DNA from: Patescibacteria group bacterium
GTDB lineage: Bacteria > Patescibacteriota > JABMPQ01 > JAQVVF01
Length of the DNA: 64,000 bases
Direction: 5' to 3'
Assembly (NCBI GenBank): GCA_028699085.1
Contig: JAQVVF010000002.1
Span: forward strand, 3,074-67,073
Shown: one piece after another, positions 48,398 through 58,624 of the stretch
Numbering within the stretch: position 1 is the stretch's first letter
How the letters are laid out: the number at the start of each line of letters is the position of its first letter
The notes under the pieces: generated by a model
What the model saw: the letters and a program-made list of their open reading frames with translations, nothing else
The model's database searches: none
What the model was told of the DNA's origin: nothing
Program-made: the position numbers and the translations under genes

Positions 48398-49171
48398 TTA
48401 TTCTTTACTTTTTATTATCTTATTTTTAATATTAAATATTTCTAATATCTCATTAAAATCTTTTTCCCATTTCTCATCGCCAATTATATTTTTAATCTTT
48501 TTTTCAAAATTTTCCCACTGAACTTCTTTCATTGGTCCCCGGCAAATCTGACAAGGCATTCCTGCTTTAGGGCATGGAGCATCACAACCACCAAGCGCCA
48601 TTGGACCAAAACAAGGCAATCCCATTTTTAAAAGACAAGGAGTCTGCGCTAGCTGGCATTCATAGCAAACTGGTCTTTCTATAATTCTAAAGGATAAACT
48701 ATTCAAAACAAAAGACATAAATCTAACAAATTCTCTCGGATTAATCGGACAAGTTGGGATTACACCATCAATCTTCACAATTTTCGATAATTCCAAAATA
48801 TTCGGATTAAAAACCTTTTTATTCGTCTTTGGATAAACATATTTGCAAGCTTTTTTCTTGTCAGTATGATTTCGCATCGCGTATGTTCCCCCCGTATGTG
48901 CACATCCTCCTAAAACAATTAATTTTTTAGTCCTTAATCTCAAATCAATAAGTTCATCAAAATTACTTTTCAATATCGGACTGCCTTCAACAAAAACAAT
49001 ATCGTATTTTTCAATTTCAGAATGTTCTTTTTCTTCCAACAATCTAAATTTTACTAAATCAATCTTATCAGCAATTTCCAAAAATTCATTGCCTAAATCA
49101 AGCAAACTAAAATAGCATCCTTCACAAGATGTCAAAGAAACCATTGCTACTTTTAATTTTTGTTGTTCCAT
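48398..49171 (-). CDS. Group 3b hydrogenase small (delta) subunit
   Basis: TSCEGC, EGS, GGCA, CP, VCYEC, PCFGP, GCDAPCP, PCQICRG. Confidence 0.88.
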   Translation of the reverse strand: MEQQKLKVAMVSLTSCEGCYFSLLDLGNEFLEIADKIDLVKFRLLEEKEHSEIEKYDIVFVEGSPILKSNFDELIDLRLRTKKLIVLGGCAHTGGTYAMRNHTDKKKACKYVYPKTNKKVFNPNILELSKIVKIDGVIPTCPINPREFVRFMSFVLNSLSFRIIERPVCYECQLAQTPCLLKMGLPCFGPMALGGCDAPCPKAGMPCQICRGPMKEVQWENFEKKIKNIIGDEKWEKDFNEILEIFNIKNKIIKSKE

Positions 49172-49228
49172 CTATTTAACTTAGATTAAAAATCTTTAGG
49201 CCGAAAGCTTAAAGATCAAAAATCTGAA

Positions 49229-49897
49229 TTAAATCAACTTCAATGTGCATTCTGTTGCAAAAGAATAATCAGTTAATCTGATTCTTTCAATTTCGGTTGC
49301 CATTCTACGAACATCATTCAAATGAATTAAAACCAAATCGCCGATATGAACTTTGCCTCTCAAAAAACCATAGCCACATTCTCTCTCTTTATCATCTATT
49401 TTCAAAATCAAGCTGTCATCTTTCAATTCCAAAACATCTCCACATTCTACAAAACATCTTTTTCCATAACGCACCAATTTTGGAGTCAATCGTTCATAAA
49501 TAGAAGCATGAAAACTATGATGTGGCAAAGATTCAGACCTAACTAAACTATTAAGCAACATTCTTATCATTCTTCTTTTTTCTTCAGGCAAGACAGAAAA
49601 TTCTATATTCGTAATTATCTTTTGAATATCGCTAGCTGTTGGCAATTGAAGCAAATCGTTACCAATCCAATGTGCTTGCACTACTTGAATTTCAAAAGGA
49701 TCATCAATTCTATTTTGTTGTGCAATCAACAAATAATAGAAATATGAATAAAGCTGCTTCAGGCAATTTTCAATCCATTCATCACTTTTGCCACCATTGC
49801 CACCTACAAAACTATATAATCCATCACAAAATGCTCTATCATTTGAACAGCAATTCCATGAAAATCTCGCTGCCTCAATTAATCCTTCTCTGCTCAT
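49229..49897 (-). CDS. DUF6390-like protein, divergent copy with HypC-like C-terminus
   Basis: DPF..VVQAHWIGNDLL, PHHSFH, GDLVLIH; strong SD before ATG 49897. Confidence 0.7.
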   Translation of the reverse strand: MSREGLIEAARFSWNCCSNDRAFCDGLYSFVGGNGGKSDEWIENCLKQLYSYFYYLLIAQQNRIDDPFEIQVVQAHWIGNDLLQLPTASDIQKIITNIEFSVLPEEKRRMIRMLLNSLVRSESLPHHSFHASIYERLTPKLVRYGKRCFVECGDVLELKDDSLILKIDDKERECGYGFLRGKVHIGDLVLIHLNDVRRMATEIERIRLTDYSFATECTLKLI

Positions 49898-50002
49898 TAC
49901 CTTTCCTCCTTTATCTTTAAATTTAAAAGAGCAACTGTTACTAATATTTAAAAGCAGTTCATCATAATCATATCTTACAATACTTTTCAAAGAATAAATA
50001 AT

Positions 50003-50509
50003 CTATTTTTTCTTTATTAAATTTTTGTTTATTCTGTTGTAATATCTTAAATTTTTCATCTGAATTTTATCCAATTTCTGAATTTTTTCTTTCCAATGAA
50101 AAGAATAATAATTTTTGCCTATCTTTCTTATACTTATCTGGCAAATTCTTTTTAATTTATCATTCAACTTAATTTTTGGGTTGAATGGTTTTGCCTGCCA
50201 AACATGATATGAATGATGCGGATAACCATTATTTTCATATTTTGCCTTTTCTAGCAAATCATTACCAATCCAATATGCTTCCAAAACCTCTTCACTCAAT
50301 GGATCAGAAATTTTGTTTGCCTTTGCGATTTGCTTACAATAAAAATAAACTGCCTTAAAATTTTTTAATATTTTTTTGATTTCCTTCTTGTTTCCTTTTC
50401 CTTTTAACGAATAATTAACAAAAATATCAGCACAGCTTTTTTTCGGCCCGCACAAACCTAGCCTGTGTGGCACTAAAGAATATCTACAAGCATCCTGTAA
50501 AGTGAACAT
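50003..50509 (-). CDS. DUF6390-like protein
   Basis: RYSLVPHRLGLCGP, EAYWIGNDLL, PHHSYHV. Confidence 0.75.
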   Translation of the reverse strand: MFTLQDACRYSLVPHRLGLCGPKKSCADIFVNYSLKGKGNKKEIKKILKNFKAVYFYCKQIAKANKISDPLSEEVLEAYWIGNDLLEKAKYENNGYPHHSYHVWQAKPFNPKIKLNDKLKRICQISIRKIGKNYYSFHWKEKIQKLDKIQMKNLRYYNRINKNLIKKK

Positions 50510-50513
50510 AAAA

Positions 50514-51416
50514 TTAGCTATAATTCAAAACCAATTTATCTCTTTTTCTCTCTAAAATTATAAATACTATTACTCCCCAAAACATCAAGCTAATTCCAAT
50601 GATTTGGCTAAAACTATAAATCTTACCTTGAAATATTTCTAATAGACTAGTAATTGGCGCTCCTAAAGCTAAAATGGCTACCGCATAAATTAATGGCATA
50701 TATTTCAAGCCTGTATACCAAGTATAAACATAGCCTAATAATAAAATTGAAGTTATTAAAACAAACATTATATTGAAAAAATTCAAATCTAACAAAGCGC
50801 TTGTTTGACCAGTTATAATCCAATAACAAATTATAATCAATGATCCAAATGTCATTCTACCCCAAGCTACAATTTTTGGTGAAATCTCGCTAACCAATTT
50901 TTTAGAAATTAAGTTCTCTATTGCCCACAAAAATGTTGCGCCTAAAACCAACAAATCGCCAAAATCTAAACTAAAAACACCATTTATCTTAAACAATAGA
51001 ATTCCACCAATTAATAAAAATAACAAACCAATCAGATAATGCCATTTTAATTTTTCTTTCAAAAATATTGGCGCTAGAATTGCAATAAAAATAAATAAAA
51101 ATTTATGGATATAAGATGCCTCAGGACCAGAAGTCATACTCAATCCTTTGAAAAACATTAAAAAAGGAATACTACCTCCAATAATACCGATAATAATTAG
51201 ACTTAACCAATTTTTTCTGGATATTTTTTTTAAATCTTGCCTCTCTTTCAACATTAAAATTATACCTCCTAAACATAAAGCTACAACAATATTTTTCAAA
51301 CCAGTGAAAATATACGAATTGATTGCTTTTGCACCAAATTGATTAATAAAAATTGAAATACCAGAAATTATTGCTGTCGACAATACTAAAAAAATTCCTT
51401 TATTTTGCATAATCAC
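50514..51416 (-). CDS. DMT/EamA family transporter
   Basis: About 10 TMs with EamA repeats, FLKEK. Confidence 0.88.
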   Translation of the reverse strand: MIMQNKGIFLVLSTAIISGISIFINQFGAKAINSYIFTGLKNIVVALCLGGIILMLKERQDLKKISRKNWLSLIIIGIIGGSIPFLMFFKGLSMTSGPEASYIHKFLFIFIAILAPIFLKEKLKWHYLIGLLFLLIGGILLFKINGVFSLDFGDLLVLGATFLWAIENLISKKLVSEISPKIVAWGRMTFGSLIIICYWIITGQTSALLDLNFFNIMFVLITSILLLGYVYTWYTGLKYMPLIYAVAILALGAPITSLLEIFQGKIYSFSQIIGISLMFWGVIVFIILERKRDKLVLNYS

Positions 51417-51613
51417 TTAGTTAATTTAAAAAATTCATTTGCTTGTTGTTCTGTCATCTTTTGAACAACAAACTTATTTTGAACCAATACCCAATCGCCA
51501 ACTTTTACATTCTTTATTAACGAATTAGCAATTTTAACCTTATCTGATTTGTAATCAATTTCGAAACCTTTCTTATCAATTTTACTTACTTTTCCAGGTA
51601 TCGTTAAACACAT
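51413..51613 (-). CDS. hypC: HypC-like chaperone
   Basis: MCLTIPGKV, VKVGDWVLV. Confidence 0.85.
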   Translation of the reverse strand: MCLTIPGKVSKIDKKGFEIDYKSDKVKIANSLIKNVKVGDWVLVQNKFVVQKMTEQQANEFFKLTK

Positions 51614-51674
51614 GTTAAAAAAATCAAAAACTAAAACTAAAAGTAAAAAATATTGTCGTCGTACTTTTTACTTT

Positions 51675-52514
51675 TTAAATTATATTCGGTATCCATTCAA
51701 TTTTATCCCAAGCAAATACCGGTCCATCTTTACATACATAATAAGGACCAATTGCACAATGTTCGCACACTCCTATTCCACATTCCATCCTTCTTTCAAG
51801 TGAAACAAAAATATCAGAATGGGGGATAGACAGTTTATCTAATTCCAAGATTACAAATTTCACCATTATCGGCGGACCACAAACCAAAACAACTGGTTTT
51901 TCGACCAAATCTTCATTTTTAATTAATTCAGTCACTAACCCAACATTACATTTATATTGCGAATCTTTGCACATATTATCTTCCTTATCTACCATTAGTT
52001 TCAAATCAATTTTATTATTTTCCCATTTTTCAAAATTACTACTAAACAATAGATCATCAAAAGATCTAGCTCCATAAAAAATTTGAAATTTTCCATGATA
52101 ATTTTTTCTATCAATCAAATAATCATCTATTATTGATTTAAAAGGCACAAAACCACAACCGCCTGATACTATCAATACATTTCTTTTTTTAATTATATCC
52201 ATAGGAAATCCATTTCCATAAGGACCTCTTAATCCTAATCTTTGCCCAATTTGCATTCTATTCAAAAAATTAGTTAAGTTTCCAACGGCTCGTACTGCAA
52301 TTTCAAAATTTTCTTTAATTCTTGGGCTAGTTCCAAAGGAAAAAGGCGCATCACCTAATCCTGGAATAGAAACCTTAATAAATTGTCCAGGAATAAAATT
52401 AAAATTTTCTTTATCAACATTATTTTCAAATTCCAAAACAAATCTTTTTACATCAGAAGATTCTTTAATTACTCGCTTAATTACAACTAATTTTGTTTGA
52501 TATGGATTAAGCAC
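51675..52514 (-). CDS. Group 3b hydrogenase gamma subunit (FAD/NAD(P)-binding, 2Fe-2S)
   Basis: PGQF, RGPYGNGF, GGCG, CGPP, RMECGIGVCEHC, VCKDGPVF. Confidence 0.9.
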   Translation of the reverse strand: MLNPYQTKLVVIKRVIKESSDVKRFVLEFENNVDKENFNFIPGQFIKVSIPGLGDAPFSFGTSPRIKENFEIAVRAVGNLTNFLNRMQIGQRLGLRGPYGNGFPMDIIKKRNVLIVSGGCGFVPFKSIIDDYLIDRKNYHGKFQIFYGARSFDDLLFSSNFEKWENNKIDLKLMVDKEDNMCKDSQYKCNVGLVTELIKNEDLVEKPVVLVCGPPIMVKFVILELDKLSIPHSDIFVSLERRMECGIGVCEHCAIGPYYVCKDGPVFAWDKIEWIPNII

Positions 52515-52524
52515 AATTTTTATT

Positions 52525-53529
52525 TTAACTTTTTAACACATCTTGTAATACCTTCATAAAATCAATATCAACCGGACAAACTCTTGAACAACGACCGCAT
52601 TTTACACATCCAGGTATTTTATATTTTTCTGGAATTCTTACAAATTTATGATAAAACCAAAACCACATTCGCTGTTCAGTATTTTTTAATAATCTTGTTT
52701 TTCCAGAAATTTCTGAAAATTCATGGTACATACAAGCGTCCCAGCACCTCACTCTTTTTCCCTTACTTCTATCCAAACTTGGCTCGTCATCAATTCTAAA
52801 ACAATAACAAGTCGGACAAACTAAAGTGCATTGTCCGCATTCAATACATCTTTTTCCAATGTTCTCCCATATTTTTTTCGTATAACTTTTTTTCATTTTA
52901 TCATTAATCGCCATCATTGTTCTATCCAAACCTTCCTCTTTAATCGGTCCAACATACTCAATCTTGTCATAATTTTTATAACCAAATCCATCCAAAACTT
53001 TCATTCCCTCTTCTGATCCAACAAAAATCAAATTAGAACCATTAAAAATTTTGTCTGTCTTATCAGAATTTAACTCAAGAAAAATATCAAATTTAATATG
53101 TTCTAAAATATTTTCTTCAAATTGTTGCACATAAATTAATTCCTCAGAATAACTTTTTTTAGAAGCAATACCATATCCAATTACCAAAGTCTGCCTTTTT
53201 CTTTCTTGATAATATGGATCTTTTGCAAAAACCTGATCATATAATTCCAATGCCTTCAAATCAGATATCGTCATTCCCACAATTGCCCTTTTTTCATAAC
53301 TATAGTTTGGTTCTTTCAACTTTTGATGGTCATAATCAAACAAAGGCTCACAATCAGGTAAAAATAAATTTTTAAAGGAATAATGCGTCAATCTGCCATC
53401 TAAAACTAAATGTTCTGTTTTTTTAATCTCTCTAACAAGCAATCTATTTGCTCGATCCAAAACTGGGCCATATACTTTATGGTTTTTTTGTAAAAAATTA
53501 ATTAATTCTAAGAATTTTGTTTTGGTCAA
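52525..53529 (-). CDS. Group 3b hydrogenase beta subunit (4Fe-4S dicluster)
   Basis: CIECGQCTLVCPTCYC, RCWDAC, CVKCGRCSRVCP. Confidence 0.9.
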   Translation of the reverse strand: MTKTKFLELINFLQKNHKVYGPVLDRANRLLVREIKKTEHLVLDGRLTHYSFKNLFLPDCEPLFDYDHQKLKEPNYSYEKRAIVGMTISDLKALELYDQVFAKDPYYQERKRQTLVIGYGIASKKSYSEELIYVQQFEENILEHIKFDIFLELNSDKTDKIFNGSNLIFVGSEEGMKVLDGFGYKNYDKIEYVGPIKEEGLDRTMMAINDKMKKSYTKKIWENIGKRCIECGQCTLVCPTCYCFRIDDEPSLDRSKGKRVRCWDACMYHEFSEISGKTRLLKNTEQRMWFWFYHKFVRIPEKYKIPGCVKCGRCSRVCPVDIDFMKVLQDVLKS

Positions 53530-53548
53530 TCTCTATTCCAAATTAATA

Positions 53549-54388
53549 TTATATTTTATTTTTTGATCCAAATATTTCGATCTTTTTCCTTACTACTTCT
53601 TTAATTACATCGTCTATTGGCTCCATGATATCATAAGGCTTAATCACATCTTCGTCTTCTAAAATCTCGCGCAAGGCCTTTGCAAAAGCCAATCGAAGCT
53701 CTGTATTTACATTAATCTTGCAAATTCCCATGCTAATTGCTTTTTTAATATCTTCAGAAGAAATACCTGATCCACCATGCAAAACCAATGGAATATTGAC
53801 AACCTGAAAAATTTTTTTCAATCTGTCAAAATCTAAAACTGGATTTCCTTTATTCTCGCCATGAACATTGCCAATGCCTACTGCTAAAAAATCAACGCCA
53901 GTTTTTTCAATAAACTTTTGGCATTCAATAGGATCAGCCTTCAAAATTCTAACGTTTTCATCTTTAGAAGGAGTCGGTACAAGACCAATTTCACCTTCGA
54001 CGACAACACTTCTTTCATGAGCATAATCAACAACTTGTTTCGTTAATTCAATATTTTCATCTAATGACATTTTTGAACCGTCAATCATTACTGAATTATA
54101 GCCATTATCTACAGCCCACTTACACATTTCAAAACTCTTTCCATGATCTAGATTCAAATTAATTTGCGCTTTTGATTTTTCCGCAAAAATTTTCATCGAA
54201 TCAAAAAAAATTTCCATGCCAGCATGTTTTATCTCGCCTTCAGAAGTCTGCAAAATTATTGGCGAATTCATTTCTTCCGCAGCAGCCACAATCCCTTTTG
54301 TAATTTCCAAATCAGAAGTATTAAATGCACCAACTGCATAATGATCTTCTTGTGCTTTCTTTAATAATATTTGAGATGAAACTATCAT
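53549..54388 (-). CDS. fba: Class II fructose-bisphosphate aldolase
   Basis: AVGAFN, LDHG, SVMIDGS, EGEIG, GNVHG, LVLHGGSG, KINVNT. Confidence 0.93.
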   Translation of the reverse strand: MIVSSQILLKKAQEDHYAVGAFNTSDLEITKGIVAAAEEMNSPIILQTSEGEIKHAGMEIFFDSMKIFAEKSKAQINLNLDHGKSFEMCKWAVDNGYNSVMIDGSKMSLDENIELTKQVVDYAHERSVVVEGEIGLVPTPSKDENVRILKADPIECQKFIEKTGVDFLAVGIGNVHGENKGNPVLDFDRLKKIFQVVNIPLVLHGGSGISSEDIKKAISMGICKINVNTELRLAFAKALREILEDEDVIKPYDIMEPIDDVIKEVVRKKIEIFGSKNKI

Positions 54389-54535
54389 AATAGTTTTAAA
54401 ATAATATTTAATAACCAAGATACAAGATACAAACAAATTCCAAATTAGAATAATCAATAACCAAACTCGTCGATCGTTAGGTTTGATTATTGGATATTGA
54501 ATATTTTAATTTGTTTGTATCTTGTTTCTTGATTA

Positions 54536-55297
54536 TTAGATTTTCATAACTTGTTTCACTATTCCCACAAATTCATTTGCCTTCACACTAACTCCCCCGA
54601 CTAGAACTCCATCAATATCTTTTTCCAAAACAAAAGATGCAATATTTTGTGGGTTTACACTTCCTCCATACAAAATTCTTATTATTTCAGATTCTTTTTC
54701 TGAATAATTATTTTCCAAAATATCTCTTATTCTAGAAATTACAATTTGCGCATCAGATGGCTCTGCAGAATTAGAAGAGCCAATCGCCCAAATTGGTTCG
54801 TAAGCAATTGTCACACCTATAACATCCTTGCTTTTCACGCCTTCTAATGCCAATTCAACTTGCTGTGTTACTTTTTCCTCTGTCATTCCTTTTTCTTTTT
54901 CATCTTTTGTTTCTCCAACGCAAATTATTGGCTTCAAGCCTTTTTGTAAACATTCTAAAACTTTATCATTAACCATAGCATCTGTTTCTTTTAAATTTTT
55001 CCTTCTTTCAGAATGACCAACTATTACATAAGAACAACCTAAATCTAAAATTTGATCGCAAGAAATCTCGCCGGTATAAGCTCCATTTCCTTTCCAAAAA
55101 ACATTTTGACTTCCTAATTTTATGCTTGAAGGCAATTGATAATGCACATTTGCTAAATGGACAAAAGAAGGGCAAACCACAACCTCTGCTTTTTCCGATA
55201 GATTAGTCAAACCTTGCCGGATATCCAAAGTCAACCTTCGAGATTCTTCTAAGGTCAAATTCATTTTCCAATTTCCAACTATTAATTTATTTCGCAT
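54536..55297 (-). CDS. tpiA: Triosephosphate isomerase
   Basis: GNWKMN, GHSERR, AYEPIWAIG, LYGGSV. Confidence 0.97.
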   Translation of the reverse strand: MRNKLIVGNWKMNLTLEESRRLTLDIRQGLTNLSEKAEVVVCPSFVHLANVHYQLPSSIKLGSQNVFWKGNGAYTGEISCDQILDLGCSYVIVGHSERRKNLKETDAMVNDKVLECLQKGLKPIICVGETKDEKEKGMTEEKVTQQVELALEGVKSKDVIGVTIAYEPIWAIGSSNSAEPSDAQIVISRIRDILENNYSEKESEIIRILYGGSVNPQNIASFVLEKDIDGVLVGGVSVKANEFVGIVKQVMKI

Positions 55298-55300
55298 AAA

Positions 55301-55783
55301 TTAAAATATATTTTTAATTCCGAAACTTAAAAAAGTCATGATAGCAGATTCCAGAATAATTCCTAAAACAATAAATAATACTGCCTTTCTGTATCTAATT
55401 CCAAAGACGAAAGCCACTATTGCCGCAGTCCAACCTCCAAATGCAGGCAAAGGAATTGCCGCTGCTAACAGAACCGCTAACACGCCCCATTTATCAAAAT
55501 TTTTCTTATGCTTTAATTTAGTTTTTTCAAAAAGATTAGAAAAAAATCGCTCCCAAAATTTAAACTTTCTTCTCAAAAAATCAGATAATAAAACAAAAAT
55601 CGTCAATAATAATATCGCAGAAATCGAATTACCAATCGCAGCAATAATCAAAACATTCCACCAAGATAAAATATTCTGTGCAGCATAAATAGGAATAACA
55701 ATTTTTATATCACCAAATATTGAAATAAATAATGCCGTAATTTGCGGCGGAAAATTTTGAAAAAAACTTCCAATATCCAACAT
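55301..55783 (-). CDS. Small multidrug-export family membrane protein (COG2426-like)
   Basis: IPLPAFGGWTA motif, 4-5 TMs. Confidence 0.7.
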   Translation of the reverse strand: MLDIGSFFQNFPPQITALFISIFGDIKIVIPIYAAQNILSWWNVLIIAAIGNSISAILLLTIFVLLSDFLRRKFKFWERFFSNLFEKTKLKHKKNFDKWGVLAVLLAAAIPLPAFGGWTAAIVAFVFGIRYRKAVLFIVLGIILESAIMTFLSFGIKNIF

Positions 55784-55788
55784 AATAA

Positions 55789-56511
55789 TTACTTTTTATT
55801 TTTGTTTATTTTATATTTTCCCGTCCATAACCACCATCTAACTTTAAATAAATCAGAAAAAACTTTTAAATATGAGCTCAATTTTACATTACTGCCAGCA
55901 GCATTAAACCAAGTAATTGGCTCTTCTTTTATTTTGTAACCGAATTTTTTTGCTAATGCCAAAACTTCGACATCAAAACCCCAGCCAACTAATTTTTGAA
56001 TTGGAAAAACATCAGCTACTACTCTTTTACTAAAAATTTTAAAACCGCATTGTGTGTCATGAATACCAGGAACAGCAACAATTTGGATTAAAACATTACC
56101 AAATTTTCCAGCCAATTCCTTATACCAAGCTTGCGGAACAGCTACTTTTGCACCTTTTATATCACGTGATCCAATCACAACATCATAATCTTCATCAAAA
56201 TATTTCCAAAAATGATCTAATTCATTAATTTTTGTTGCATTATCAGCATCCATGAAGAGACAGTAATCGCCTTGCGCCATCAGCATACCTTCCTTAATAG
56301 AATATCCTTTGCCCATGTTTTTCCGAGTCTTATTCAATTTAAAGCCTTCTGCCTTTTCCACGACATCTCTAGTTTTATCTTTACTTCCATCATCAATTAC
56401 TAAGACTTCCCAATCATAATCCTGTCTATTCAAATATTCTTTGATAGATTCTAATGTTTTAGTTATTCTTTTTTCTTCGTTATACGCCGGAATAATTACT
56501 GAAAGCTTCAT
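55789..56511 (-). CDS. GT2 dolichyl-phosphate glucosyltransferase-like enzyme
   Basis: IPAYNE, DDGSKD, MDAD, DTQCGFK, GFDVE. Confidence 0.9.
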   Translation of the reverse strand: MKLSVIIPAYNEEKRITKTLESIKEYLNRQDYDWEVLVIDDGSKDKTRDVVEKAEGFKLNKTRKNMGKGYSIKEGMLMAQGDYCLFMDADNATKINELDHFWKYFDEDYDVVIGSRDIKGAKVAVPQAWYKELAGKFGNVLIQIVAVPGIHDTQCGFKIFSKRVVADVFPIQKLVGWGFDVEVLALAKKFGYKIKEEPITWFNAAGSNVKLSSYLKVFSDLFKVRWWLWTGKYKINKNKK

Positions 56512-56643
56512 AATATAAAAATATAAATCTAAAAATTTATTACTTTTATTATAACAAATTTTTATTTAAAAAAATAGAGGCACAATTCTATGCCTCTATC
56601 AGCATTAAATCAGCGTTAGAAATCAGCGTAAAATCAGCGCTTG

Positions 56644-58488
56644 CTATTTAACGCCAATCGCAAAATATTGTGTTTTGACTGGATATTTTGTAAAGTATTT
56701 TACAATGAATTTCTTATCTTTCTTGATTATCTTTGCATCAGTGAATGTCGTATTAATATTCTGCCAAGCGCCAGTTCCTTTTTTGTATTTCAAGAATAGA
56801 TTTGATTTTGTTGCTGATTTGTTCTTCTTCAAATATTTCTTTAATTGCTTTTTAGTGAATTTGAATGATACTTTGATTTTGTATTTCTGTGATGATTTTT
56901 TTACTTTGTATTTGTACAAATTTGTTTTTAATTTCCATTTTTTCAAGAATGTTTTGTTTGGATAACCAGTTGATTTATTCCATTTCATCCAATATGCGCT
57001 GTTCTTTGTTAATTTTGTTGGAAGTTTTGTGAAATTGATAGTTAGATCTTGGCCAGAGATTGTTTGCTCATTTAAAGCTGATTCTAAAGTAAATTTTTGT
57101 CCTGCTTTCAATAAATCTTCAGCTTGATTATTTTCAATAATGTATGCTTCTGTTTTGATTTCTTCTGTATTACCAAGACTGTCAACTGAAAAGAATTTTA
57201 AAGTTGTATCTTGAGTAATTACTATTGGATTTGAATAAACTGTTGAAGAAGTTGTTGGATCAGTACCATCAATTGTGTAATAAGTTGCAACAACTGTTGA
57301 GTCTGCATCTGTGGCAGATAAAGTAACAGTTTGAGGAGCAGTATATGTTCCTCCAGCTGGCAAAGCTGTGGTTGTAGGAGCAAGGTAATCAATAAACCAT
57401 GAAGCAATGTAATTTGCTGATATACCATCGACTTCGGAAAATTCTCCACCAGCAAAAAGTTCGTCATTATAAACTCCCAAACCCCAAACAGGTTGATTCA
57501 TTCCTGAGCTACCAACTGAAGACCAAACAGAACCATTCCATTTAGCCATTCTATTAGCAGTCAACCCGTCGGCAGTAGTAAAATTTCCACCAGTATAAAG
57601 TTCATTGTTGTAGACCATAAAAGCATAAACAAAGCTATCCATTCCCGAACTTCCAACTGCAGACCAAGCAGAACCATCTCCTTTAGCAATATAATTAACC
57701 GAACCACCATCAGCAGTAGTAAAATACCCACCAGCATAAAGTTCGCTATTATAAACTGCTAAAGCGGCAACGGAAGTCTCCATCCCTGAACTACCTACTT
57801 GAGACCATGTAGAACCATTCCACTTAGCAATATGGCTAGCTCCATTACCATCAGCTGTAGTAAAATCTCCACCAGCATAAAGCTCGTTATTATAAACCGT
57901 TAGAGTAAGAACAGCTCCATCCATCCCTGAACTACCTACTTGAGACCATGCAGAACCATTCCATTTAGCAATACGATTAGCCGAAATACCATCAGCAGTA
58001 GTAAAATATCCACCAGCGTAGAGTTCATTATTATAAACTGCTAAAGTCTGAACTTGACCTCCTAGTCCTGCATTACCAACTTTAGACCACGCATAGCCAT
58101 TCCATTTTGCAATATAGTAAGCAGCTTGACCATCAACCTCAGAAAACCAACCACCAGCATAAAGCTCATTCTCATAAACTGCTAAAGCATAAACGGAGGG
58201 ACTAGAAGAGGTCATACCAGAAGTGCCAACTTTTGACCATGCAGAGCCATTCCATTTAGCAATACAATTAGCCGAAATACCATCAGCAGTAGTAAAATAC
58301 CCACCAACGTAAAGTTCATTATTATAAACTGTAAATGCATAAACAATATTATCAGTTCCAGAGCTTCCAACTTTCGACCATGTTGAACTTGTCTTTGCAT
58401 CAACATTATTAAAAAACAAAACGCTAGCCAATCCCAGACACAAGAATAAACCTAGACAAACCAAAACTTTTCTTAATAAACTCTTCAT
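56644..58488 (-). CDS. Secreted beta-propeller + Fn3-like + Lys-rich C-terminus (paralog 5)
   Basis: Same repeats; 3' part nearly identical to paralog 1. Confidence 0.85.
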   Translation of the reverse strand: MKSLLRKVLVCLGLFLCLGLASVLFFNNVDAKTSSTWSKVGSSGTDNIVYAFTVYNNELYVGGYFTTADGISANCIAKWNGSAWSKVGTSGMTSSSPSVYALAVYENELYAGGWFSEVDGQAAYYIAKWNGYAWSKVGNAGLGGQVQTLAVYNNELYAGGYFTTADGISANRIAKWNGSAWSQVGSSGMDGAVLTLTVYNNELYAGGDFTTADGNGASHIAKWNGSTWSQVGSSGMETSVAALAVYNSELYAGGYFTTADGGSVNYIAKGDGSAWSAVGSSGMDSFVYAFMVYNNELYTGGNFTTADGLTANRMAKWNGSVWSSVGSSGMNQPVWGLGVYNDELFAGGEFSEVDGISANYIASWFIDYLAPTTTALPAGGTYTAPQTVTLSATDADSTVVATYYTIDGTDPTTSSTVYSNPIVITQDTTLKFFSVDSLGNTEEIKTEAYIIENNQAEDLLKAGQKFTLESALNEQTISGQDLTINFTKLPTKLTKNSAYWMKWNKSTGYPNKTFLKKWKLKTNLYKYKVKKSSQKYKIKVSFKFTKKQLKKYLKKNKSATKSNLFLKYKKGTGAWQNINTTFTDAKIIKKDKKFIVKYFTKYPVKTQYFAIGVK

Positions 58489-58528
58489 AAATTTTATTTT
58501 TATTTTAATAAATAAATTGATTACTTAC

Positions 58529-58575
58529 ATAATATCACACCCGAAGAAGAAGAAGAAGAAGAAGAGTTATCCACA
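58529..58575 (-). promoter_or_regulatory. DnaA-type box + (TTC)7 tract + extended -10 promoter
   Basis: TGTGGATAA-CTC-(TTC)7-GGG-TGTGA-TATTAT. Confidence 0.7.
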
Positions 58576-58624
58576 AAAAAAAGAGCCCAAAATATTATGC
58601 TCTAATAAATTTTAAATTAAATCT

